Of a stretch of DNA of 64,000 nt, positions 9,612-17,644 are shown one piece after another. The notes under the pieces are model-generated. The model saw only the letters and a program-made list of their open reading frames with translations, was not told the origin of the DNA and ran no database searches. This stretch comes from Alphaproteobacteria bacterium (lineage in GTDB: Bacteria > Pseudomonadota > Alphaproteobacteria > Rs-D84). The stretch is from positions 140,876 to 204,875 of the forward strand of contig WQXN01000001.1 of assembly GCA_009784815.1 (NCBI GenBank), given 5' to 3'. The translations under genes were made by a program, and so were the position numbers. Position 1 is the first letter of the stretch. Every line of letters begins with the position of its first letter.

Positions 9612-9681
9612 GGTTGGTTCCTTTTGGTTCTTCTCTCTCCAGAAGGCGGCCCGCCGCCCAAAGCTGCGCAGCAGCGAAGGG

Positions 9682-9726
9682 TGGTGCCCGCAGCAAGAAT
9701 CGGACTTGCGCCTGGTCCTTACCAAG
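9682..9726 (-). pseudogene. 3' half of a disrupted tRNA-Thr(GGU)-like gene (anticodon loop to CCA)
   Basis: Minus strand reads CTTGGTAAGGACCAGGCGCAAGTCCGATTCTTGCTGCGGGCACCA. It pairs perfectly with the 5' half at 16772-16809. Confidence 0.7.
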
Positions 9727-9830
9727 TATGACCTGCATTTACCCAATGACTGACCGGGCGACAGACCGCAGATAAGAACCAGATACGCTTTATACGCTTC
9801 CCGCTTGGGGCACGGTTTATTGTAATCTGA

Positions 9831-9904
9831 TGGTGCCCGTAGCAAGAATCGGACTTGCGCCTGCCCCTTACCAAGGGGCTGTTCTACCACTATACTATAC
9901 GGGC
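9831..9904 (-). tRNA. tRNA-Thr (anticodon GGU), element-borne intact copy
   Basis: 74-nt cloverleaf. Acceptor GCCCGTA/TACGGGC, anticodon stem GCCCC/GGGGC, loop TTGGTAA, T arm GCAAG-TCCGATT-CTTGC, encoded CCA. The T loop is atypical (C at position 55). Confidence 0.7.
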
Positions 9905-10033
9905 ACTGCCCGCATATTATAACAGCAGATTTTGCGAAATCAATGTAAAATTCAGCAGATATTCAGTCCCCAGTTGAACCATTGCACAAACGATTATATA
10001 ATTAGATAAGAACTAGATAAAACCAAGAAAAAA

Positions 10034-11221
10034 GTGAGATACAATAAATTCGTCTTCGATAAGCCAACATTAAATAAACTGCCATTTCCCTTGCTTCCAA
10101 TAACCAAATACACCTATTACGATTCTTGCCAACCGGGCTTGGCTCTTATCATTACCTATGGTGGAACAAAAGCATTCTACTTTTGCAAGACGCTAAACAA
10201 TCGCACCATGACCTATAAAATCGGCGACTTCCCGTATATGAGCGTCGAGCAAGCACGAGCTAAAATATTTGAGATGTTGCAAGACTTGCAACAAGGTATT
10301 ACGCCAATGGATACCAAAAGTCAAAAACGCAAGACCGCTATCACACTCGCGGACTTCTTTAATAATGAGTATATTCCAAAACACCTAAAATTCAAAGTCG
10401 GCGAAAAACGCTGCGGAAGAATGACAAGCTATTTCAATCGGTGCTTTAAGCATATTAGCCATAAGCTACTCGGCTCTATAACGAAAGAAGAATTGGACAC
10501 CATGCATAAATCATTGGGTCAGAATAATGGAATATATGCTGCCAATGCCGCTATATGTTTAATCAAGCGCATATATAATCGGGCTATTGATACCGAATTC
10601 GCCATTAGCAATCCTGCTACGAAAATAAAGCTGTTCAAAGAAAAATCACGCGAACGATTTATCCAGCCTGATGAAATGCCTCGGTTTATGAAAGCATTGT
10701 TGGAAAGCGAAAACGAGCAAATGAAGAACTACACCCTTTTATTGCTTTTAACTGGTCAACGAGGTTGCAATGTAAAATCGCTTAAATGGTCGGACATTGA
10801 TTTCCATAATAATTCATTATATTTGGAGCAGACTAAAAACGGAGAATCGCAACGGATACCATTGACCGAACAAGCTATCGGTTTATTAAACCAAATCAAA
10901 GACAAGCGCACAGACAATAGCGACTTTATATTTCCGTGTCGGAATACTCAAAGCAAAAATGGATATATGAATAATCCAAATCCTTATTGGCGTGAGCTAT
11001 TGCAAAAAGCCGAAATAACAAATTTGCGTATGCATGACCTGCGCCGGACTATGGCAAGTTATCAAGCCATAATCGGCTCGTCATTAAACATTATCGGTAA
11101 ATCATTAGGTCATAAATCCATTCAAGCTACGACCATTTATGCCAAACTGGACTTGAATCCAGTTCGTGAAAGTATGCAGAAAGCCACTGATAAAATTTTC
11201 AATTTAAGCAATAATCAATGA
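10034..11221 (+). CDS. int: tyrosine recombinase / phage integrase (P4-like)
   Basis: LRMHDLRRT and LGHKSIQATTIYAKL catalytic motifs. N-terminal GLALIITYGGTKAFYF arm-binding-type domain. GTG start. Confidence 0.9.
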   Translation: MRYNKFVFDKPTLNKLPFPLLPITKYTYYDSCQPGLALIITYGGTKAFYFCKTLNNRTMTYKIGDFPYMSVEQARAKIFEMLQDLQQGITPMDTKSQKRKTAITLADFFNNEYIPKHLKFKVGEKRCGRMTSYFNRCFKHISHKLLGSITKEELDTMHKSLGQNNGIYAANAAICLIKRIYNRAIDTEFAISNPATKIKLFKEKSRERFIQPDEMPRFMKALLESENEQMKNYTLLLLLTGQRGCNVKSLKWSDIDFHNNSLYLEQTKNGESQRIPLTEQAIGLLNQIKDKRTDNSDFIFPCRNTQSKNGYMNNPNPYWRELLQKAEITNLRMHDLRRTMASYQAIIGSSLNIIGKSLGHKSIQATTIYAKLDLNPVRESMQKATDKIFNLSNNQ

Positions 11222-11454
11222 GTTATTAAACGCATAAGAATATTTTGCGTATGTGTCAAATTTGCTGCCCATTCCCATATAAATAACTTATATATCGGAT
11301 TTTAATTATTGCACTGATTGTGAGTCTTTATATTAAAATTTGTGTCTGAAATTTTTAATAGCGATTTTTGGCTATGTTAAAATTCTATTGTTAAAATAAT
11401 ATATTTTCAGAATGATTGATTTAGTGAAATTTGATAGTAGGAAGGTGGATTGCG

Positions 11455-12048
11455 TTAGTCAATGTATGTTTGGAATAGCATATTGGAAGTGAATAGGTTG
11501 CTTGTATCAATATATGGTTTGTTTAGCTTATATTCTTTGATAATATATTGGGACAATTTTTGTAAGTCATATACAGGTTTAATCAGCAAATGGTTTTGTT
11601 TAGGTGTATAGCATTTGTTTTTGGCCGATGGTGATTTGGATAAATCAATATCAAATGTGAATTTAGCTTTTTGATTGTTCATTGTCTTTATAAGTGATTT
11701 TTCTAGGTCTTCGATAGTTTTATGTTCAATATTCAAAATGGTATGGGCGTGTAATATATGAAGTTTGCCATGTTCGATAATGGTAAGGCTTTTATATGGG
11801 TGCTTATACCATTTTTTATTTTGCAATTTCGATAATAGTCCGGCAAGAATTGGGCGCAATGTTTCTTTGGCGGTTTCAATGTCTCTTTTGGGGTGGCAGA
11901 AATGAAGCGTCAAAAATATTAGGTTTTGAGGCTTGTCGGATTCGGATAAGACAAGGCTTCGTATCCAAGCGGCGAGTTCATGTTTTAATTGGTTGGCTGT
12001 ATCAGTCATGGCACAATAAGCATATAACTTTTGGGCAGGACAAGTCAA
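11455..12048 (-). CDS. putative HUH-endonuclease / rolling-circle Rep-like protein
   Basis: Ordered motifs IFLTLHF (motif I-like), LHAHTIL (HUH) and SQYIIKEYK (Tyr motif). The start is uncertain (TTG at 12048 or ATG at 12009). Confidence 0.4.
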   Translation of the reverse strand: MTCPAQKLYAYCAMTDTANQLKHELAAWIRSLVLSESDKPQNLIFLTLHFCHPKRDIETAKETLRPILAGLLSKLQNKKWYKHPYKSLTIIEHGKLHILHAHTILNIEHKTIEDLEKSLIKTMNNQKAKFTFDIDLSKSPSAKNKCYTPKQNHLLIKPVYDLQKLSQYIIKEYKLNKPYIDTSNLFTSNMLFQTYID

Positions 12049-12404
12049 TTTATCGCTGGAATAGTTAAATTATCATCGTTTTTAATTTTCATTGCATTGG
12101 ATATATGATTTTAGCGAAAGCGCATTGTGGGGCGATAAAATCGAGTGTTTTTGCAGTATTATTTGCTGGTTTGTATTTGGAACTTGATAAATTGGCTATT
12201 TCCTATTAAAATCCTAGGGAACCAAGTGGGAACTTGTGTTCAGGAGTGTCATAACTCCACATTTACACGGTGCGAAAGCATTGTTATCCAATAATGGTGT
12301 GATTGCACCGTTATTCCTGACTATGGTCGGGAAGTCGTGGCTATATAATACGAGCAATCGGAAAACCACGGAATCATCTGTAAATGTGATTTATGAACTT
12401 CCTG

Positions 12405-12434
12405 ACCACCTGTTTTCACAGGTGGTTTTTCTTT
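12405..12434 (+). terminator. intrinsic terminator
   Basis: accacctg-ttttca-caggtggt followed by a T run, 24 nt before the ATG at 12458. Confidence 0.6.
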
Positions 12435-12457
12435 AACGAAACAAAAGGGAGTTAGGA

Positions 12458-13351
12458 ATGAAAAAGTTTATTGTCTTATCGGTCGTTGTTGGACTATGTG
12501 GTTGTGTGTCTTTAACACCGGAAGAATTGCAACATCAAGACGATATTAGAAACAGCAAAGAAATAGCAAATTGGACACGAAAAGCAGTTATAGGCGACTT
12601 TTCAGATTCCGATATTGCAAAATGTAATACGGCATATCCAAGATTTAATGATTTAGCTCAAAAGGCAAATTTTACCGATAAGGAATCGAATGAGTTTAGG
12701 TCTAATGGTAGAATTTTAGACAAATGCATCAAAGTTAAAAAATCAGTAGAAGACGCTAAGGAATGTATTAGTCTGTGGGGCAACGAAATACCGGGAACAA
12801 CATTCTGGACCAAAAGCAAAGCAGAAGAACAATGCGATTGGTGGGGTGTTGACTCTTATTCACATAGCGACGGATTCTATCGTTCCAAGTCGGCGAATCA
12901 GTCTAAATATTGTTCTCGATATAAGCGTATTTTCGAGTTAAAGGCTTGTGCTGAAGCTACGGAAAAAGAATTGAGTCGGATAAACTCCATGATTGCTATT
13001 GACTCGGACAAAGCAAACGAAAATGTAGCTAAATATAGAGAAAATCGTGAAAAAAAGCTATGTAATGAAAACTATATAAAAGGTTGTTTGTTTAATATTC
13101 CCTCAATGCAAGTATCATCAGTCCATAAAGACGGAGTTCTGCTAAGAACATCAAACGCTGCTTTGGAAGCAGGCATTTTAACTGGTGGTATATTCGGAAC
13201 ATTATCGCCAGGTAATAATATTTTTGTTTATACGAAAGATACTTATTTCGACGGAAAAACATTTGATGATGGTAATTATTATTACGAATATGTTGGTTTA
13301 TACCAATATGGCAGCAGGACAATTCCAGCCTTCAAGCGTTCCCTATATTGA
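12458..13351 (+). CDS. probable lipoprotein, Cys-rich
   Basis: MKKFIVLSVVVGLCGC signal with lipobox-like motif. GGGAG RBS. 297 aa. Confidence 0.55.
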   Translation: MKKFIVLSVVVGLCGCVSLTPEELQHQDDIRNSKEIANWTRKAVIGDFSDSDIAKCNTAYPRFNDLAQKANFTDKESNEFRSNGRILDKCIKVKKSVEDAKECISLWGNEIPGTTFWTKSKAEEQCDWWGVDSYSHSDGFYRSKSANQSKYCSRYKRIFELKACAEATEKELSRINSMIAIDSDKANENVAKYRENREKKLCNENYIKGCLFNIPSMQVSSVHKDGVLLRTSNAALEAGILTGGIFGTLSPGNNIFVYTKDTYFDGKTFDDGNYYYEYVGLYQYGSRTIPAFKRSLY

Positions 13352-13364
13352 TAAGGAGTTAAAA

Positions 13365-13910
13365 ATGAAATTTGATACTTTCTTCTTTGATTCTATACCC
13401 TTGAAATGGAATAGGAAAACTCGTGAAATAGATAAGTCTGTATTTTGGAAACAGGCTGAAACAAAGCAAGGCTTTCAAGGAATATCAGAAGCGAAAGGTT
13501 GTTATATATTCGGTTTATCGTGCGCCGGTGGGTTAATGCCTTATTATGTCGGACAAGCGAAGAAGACATTTAAGCAAGAAGTATTTGGTCTTCATCAAAT
13601 GCGCATATACGATAAATGTATAAACAATAATAAAGGAACGCCAGTCTTGATTCTCGTATCCGCTATGACAGGCAAGAACGAGTTTTCAAAAGCTAATCAC
13701 GATAAGGTAATAAATTGGGTTGAAGACTTGCTTATAAGTTATGCGTTAGAGCGAAATCCGAAAGTTGAGAACTCATCAAAGACGGCTTATTGGAAGAATG
13801 TCGAAATTCCTGGATTATGGAAAACAGGCTGGGGCAAGAACACAAAAGACAGCAACGCATTGAAAAGAATGTTCTTCGGACAGCAAAGAAAAAAGAGTGC
13901 TTGCAAATAA
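13365..13910 (+). CDS. GIY-YIG-like nuclease-fold protein (tentative)
   Basis: GCYIFG-x8-PYYVGQAKKTFKQEVFGLHQ resembles GIY...YIG...R/H. Later Glu in WVEDLLI. ATG at 13365 with AAGGAG RBS, 13 nt after the lipoprotein stop. Confidence 0.4.
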   Translation: MKFDTFFFDSIPLKWNRKTREIDKSVFWKQAETKQGFQGISEAKGCYIFGLSCAGGLMPYYVGQAKKTFKQEVFGLHQMRIYDKCINNNKGTPVLILVSAMTGKNEFSKANHDKVINWVEDLLISYALERNPKVENSSKTAYWKNVEIPGLWKTGWGKNTKDSNALKRMFFGQQRKKSACK

Positions 13911-14019
13911 TCAAGCCAAATATAATGTTTTGTTAAAGTTAAAGGCGGTTCCTTAAAAAATACTGGAATTGTTGCCTATATTTTTGTAGCCTAGCCATTG
14001 AAGGGAATAATACTAGCCA

Positions 14020-15243
14020 ATGGCAAATAAGAATACAGACTTTTTCAAGAAAAAGCACGACTGGTCTATAATCAAAGACGAGTTGCTAGGGTGGTATCTT
14101 GCGCCATATTTTGCCAAGGTATTACAGACAAACAAGCCGATACTTTATATAGATTGTTTTGCTGGTAAAGGAAAATTTGAAGATGGTGCAGACGGCTCTC
14201 CATTGATTGCATTGAAAATAAAAAAGCAGACATTGGAACGCACAACGGCAACAAATCCACAAATTACGACTGGCTTTATTGACGCTAATCATGCAGACGA
14301 CCTAAAAGCGAACATTGTGTCTTATTTTCCTGACAATACAAAGCTACCAGTTATAGATGGTAAATACGAGGAACATATCGAAAACGCTCTTAAAAACAAG
14401 GGTAAGGCAAATGTATTTTTATACATAGACCCTTATGGTATCAAGGCATTAGACTATAATATGCTAACGAAATTTGCTAATTCTGATTTCAATAGCATTG
14501 AGCTTCTTATCAATCTAAATTCTTTTGGATTTTTGCGTGATGGTTGCAGGGTGCTAAAAGTCAAGGAAATGGAAGATTTTAGTAGCGAACTAGTTGAATA
14601 TGAACCGACCGAAGTTAAAGCTGATGACGAGTCAACCAAGTTATTGAATAGTATAGCTGGTGGTGATTATTGGCAACAAATTATCCGTGATTATAATGAC
14701 AATAAGATAGATATGTATCGTGCGGAGAAAATATTTTCGTTCCAATACAAAGAAAAATTGCGTGAAAAATATAAGTATGTTGTTGATATGCCATTGCGCT
14801 TAAAAAGCGAACAATTGCCGAAGTATCGCATGGTTCATGCTAGCAATCACCCTGACGCTTGTGTTCTTATGGCAGAAAATATTAGTTCAAAAGCGAAAGA
14901 GCTTGTGTTTGGCATAAGACGCAAAGGACAGCGGAGTCTGTTTGATATGAGTGCTGATTCAGACATTATAACAATAGATGAAATAAAAGACGGAATAAAA
15001 AAGGTATTGGATAAATTTACAACCGATACTCATTTGAACGAAGTCCTGGCAACATTTTTTAGCGATTATGGTGTAATATGTAATGTCAAAGATGTGAAGG
15101 ATGTTATGGAAGAAATGGAAAAAGTGAACGAAATAAAAGTTTCAAGAATTCCAGACAAAACGGATAAAGGTGCGAAAACGACTTTCTTTTCGGAACATGG
15201 AAAAAATCAAGTTATGATAGGAAAAGTATTAGGAAAAGTATAA
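14020..15243 (+). CDS. TcmP-like (three-Cys-motif partner) protein with methyltransferase-like motifs
   Basis: YIDCFAGKGKF...GSP (FxGxG) and LYIDPYG (DPxG). Homologous to the ORF at 29160. Stop overlaps the next ATG (TAATG). Confidence 0.55.
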   Translation: MANKNTDFFKKKHDWSIIKDELLGWYLAPYFAKVLQTNKPILYIDCFAGKGKFEDGADGSPLIALKIKKQTLERTTATNPQITTGFIDANHADDLKANIVSYFPDNTKLPVIDGKYEEHIENALKNKGKANVFLYIDPYGIKALDYNMLTKFANSDFNSIELLINLNSFGFLRDGCRVLKVKEMEDFSSELVEYEPTEVKADDESTKLLNSIAGGDYWQQIIRDYNDNKIDMYRAEKIFSFQYKEKLREKYKYVVDMPLRLKSEQLPKYRMVHASNHPDACVLMAENISSKAKELVFGIRRKGQRSLFDMSADSDIITIDEIKDGIKKVLDKFTTDTHLNEVLATFFSDYGVICNVKDVKDVMEEMEKVNEIKVSRIPDKTDKGAKTTFFSEHGKNQVMIGKVLGKV

Positions 15244-16019
15244 TGCCGAAAGTGAATGGATATATTGAACGGAAGTCAATGCTTTACAAGACAGGCGTAG
15301 AGTATGGCGACTACACAATGAATCATGCGATTGGTTGTTCGCATGGTTGCAAATATCCGTGTTATGCTTTTTTAATGGCTCGCAGGTTCGGCAAAGCGGC
15401 CAATTATGAAGAATGGATAAAGCCTATTCTCGTAACGAACACACTTGAATTATTGGATAAGGAAATTCCAAAAATGAAAGACAATATAAAGTCTGTGCAT
15501 TTGTGCTTTACAACAGACCCTTTCATGTATGGCTATGAAGAAATAAAGAAGATGAGTTTAGCGGCTATAAAGAAACTAAATGAAGCTGGCATAAAGTGCA
15601 CTGTTTTAACCAAGGGCATTTTACCGAAAGACCTATCAAAGCTTTCAAAGAAAAATGAATATGGGATAACGCTTGTTTCCTTAAATGATAAGTATCGTAA
15701 AGATATAGAGCCTGGGTCTGCGCCATATAAAAGCAGAATTGCCGCATTAAAAGCCTTGCATGACGCAGGATTCAAAACATGGGTTAGTATTGAGCCTTAT
15801 CCAACTCCGAATTTAGTGGAACAGGATTTAGACGAAATTCTAGAAATTTTAGCATTCACGGATAAAATCATATTTGGCAGAACGAATTACAATTCCGAAG
15901 TTTCAGCATACAAACAACATAAAGCCTTTTATAATGAGCAAGCTAGGAAAGTCATAGAATTCTGCAAAAAGCGTAAGATTGATTACCATATAAAGAATGG
16001 AACTATTACAGAGGCTTAA
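15243..16019 (+). CDS. radical-SAM-fold protein of the SplB / DNA-photolyase-like (COG1533-type) class, with a variant Cys triad
   Basis: GCSHGCKYPCYAF (C-x3-C-x3-C), CFTTDPF, LTKG, RIAALKALHDAGFKTWVSIEPYP. Confidence 0.6.
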   Translation: MPKVNGYIERKSMLYKTGVEYGDYTMNHAIGCSHGCKYPCYAFLMARRFGKAANYEEWIKPILVTNTLELLDKEIPKMKDNIKSVHLCFTTDPFMYGYEEIKKMSLAAIKKLNEAGIKCTVLTKGILPKDLSKLSKKNEYGITLVSLNDKYRKDIEPGSAPYKSRIAALKALHDAGFKTWVSIEPYPTPNLVEQDLDEILEILAFTDKIIFGRTNYNSEVSAYKQHKAFYNEQARKVIEFCKKRKIDYHIKNGTITEA

Positions 16020-16771
16020 AGTCTTCGGATAAATAATAGTATGATTATCAATGCGTTTCAGCGAGGGTCGGTTGTATATGTTTATGGCAGGCATAAAAGG
16101 CTGCTTGGGTCTTACAATGGCGACTTGCAAAACCACACGAAAAATACGGTATCAATAAAAAGGGGCAATGTGGTCTATGTTTACGATTTCGAGGGAAATC
16201 AGGTCGATAGCTACAATTATTAAAATTGTATAACTCTTTGATATTAGCTTATTTCTGGTTTTTGGCGGAAAATTGAAATTATTTTTTCTTATGTTATAGT
16301 GCTTATTAAACATATCAATAAATGGTATGTATAACAAAAGAAAAAGAGAGAAAGTATGCAGTATTATTATACGCTAAAAAACAAAGTCAAAGAATATGAA
16401 GAATGGAGAGAAAAAACCCCAAAAACAGAATATAAAACTCTATATCATATAGGAAAAACACTCGATGAGTTAAAAGAATTTTTATCCTATCTAGACAGGC
16501 TTCATCAAATCAACGAACAAAAAGTTTTACTTTCTTAAAAGTAATCCTATCTCTATTATTTTATATAATAGAGATATAAAACGGAACATGACGCCATTTA
16601 TTTTTTTGCAAATTTTCTGATTTTTTACGCATTTTTAATTTCAAAAACTTGATAGAAACTTGAAACACGACGCAGTATGCGGGTCATCAAAAAACATCAA
16701 TATCTTTATCTAGTTGAAAATTGTTGAATCTTTTGTGCAACCGAGTGGGGATTGGGCTAGTGACTCGTATT

Positions 16772-16809
16772 CTTACCAAGGACCCGTTCTACCACTATAC
16801 TATGCGGGC
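16772..16809 (-). pseudogene. 5' half of the disrupted tRNA-Thr(GGU)-like gene (acceptor to anticodon loop)
   Basis: Minus strand reads GCCCGCATAGTATAGTGGTAGAACGGGTCCTTGGTAAG. TATAAT lies 10 nt upstream (16820-16825). Confidence 0.7.
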
Positions 16810-16829
16810 GATCCCGCAGATTATAACCT

Positions 16830-17573
16830 TTATATGAAGAAAATCAACAATATTATTCCAAGGACTACCCGGTAGGCCGCAAACGCCGCGAATGAGAAAT
16901 GGCGGACGAATCTAAGCATGAATCTTATCGCTAACAATGAGAATATGGCAGAAAGTCCCACCGTCCAGGCGGTAGCCGCCCAGTTTATGGCTTCGTCGCT
17001 GGTTACGGCCTTGATAAGTTCGTAACAGCCGGCCGCGCCGATCGCCGGCATCGACATTAAAAACGCGAAGTCCAAGGCGTCTTTCCGAGAAACGCCACGC
17101 GCACGCATCGCCGTGACCGTTATTCCGCTGCGCGATACTCCGGGTATAAGCGCAAGCACTTGCGCGCAACCCGCTATGAAGGCTGTGCGCATTGATACCT
17201 CGCGTTCGCTTTTGCCGAACCGATCTGCCGCATATAAGAGGATTCCGAATACTATTGAATTTATCGCTATGATCGTAATTCCGCGCGGTGGGTTTATCAG
17301 AAGTCCAAGCGCCAGTACGGGCACAACAGATACGGCGAGTTTTGCCGTCAGAGACCAATCCTTGAACGTCAAAATCTGGGCCACCCGCGCGCGGTAATGC
17401 CACATGACCGCAAGCAGGGCGCCCACATGAGCTGCTACGTCTATAAACATTCCTTGGTCCTCTACGTTTAGGACCGAAGGCAAAAGCGCCAGGTGCGCGG
17501 ACGAGCTTACCGGCAGGAATTCCGTAAATCCTTGTATCGCCGCGAGAAGCATTATGTAATCGAGTGTCAGCAT
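16830..17573 (-). CDS. uppP: undecaprenyl-diphosphate phosphatase
   Basis: FTEFLPVSSSAHL and PGVSRSG motifs. Polytopic membrane protein. Confidence 0.85.
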   Translation of the reverse strand: MLTLDYIMLLAAIQGFTEFLPVSSSAHLALLPSVLNVEDQGMFIDVAAHVGALLAVMWHYRARVAQILTFKDWSLTAKLAVSVVPVLALGLLINPPRGITIIAINSIVFGILLYAADRFGKSEREVSMRTAFIAGCAQVLALIPGVSRSGITVTAMRARGVSRKDALDFAFLMSMPAIGAAGCYELIKAVTSDEAINWAATAWTVGLSAIFSLLAIRFMLRFVRHFSFAAFAAYRVVLGIILLIFFI

Positions 17574-17644
17574 GGCTTTTATTATACGCTTGCAAATTTT
17601 GATTGCAAGCGTATAATATCCAACGGTAATACAAGGAATATCCC

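Larger units (their letters stand above)
9727..16771. mobile_element. ~7-kb integrative element inserted in a tRNA anticodon loop
   Basis: Bounded by the 9-bp direct repeat CTTACCAAG (9718-9726 and 16772-16780) and by the two halves of a tRNA. Visibly AT-rich. Encodes integrase, a Rep-like protein and cargo. Confidence 0.7.

Noticed and set aside
9612-9890. 93-codon N-terminal extension of the track ORF 8139-9890
   Set aside because: The extension reads through a tRNA half and an intact tRNA gene. A good RBS and ATG exist at 9611.
16041-16538. Two 60-aa ORFs (16041-16223 and 16356-16538) at the right end of the element
   Set aside because: They are plausible small cargo genes. The first has a duplicated VVYVY(G/D) motif and the second has an A/G-rich leader. 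However, they sit at the track's length threshold in AT-rich DNA and lack motif support, so they are not called as features.
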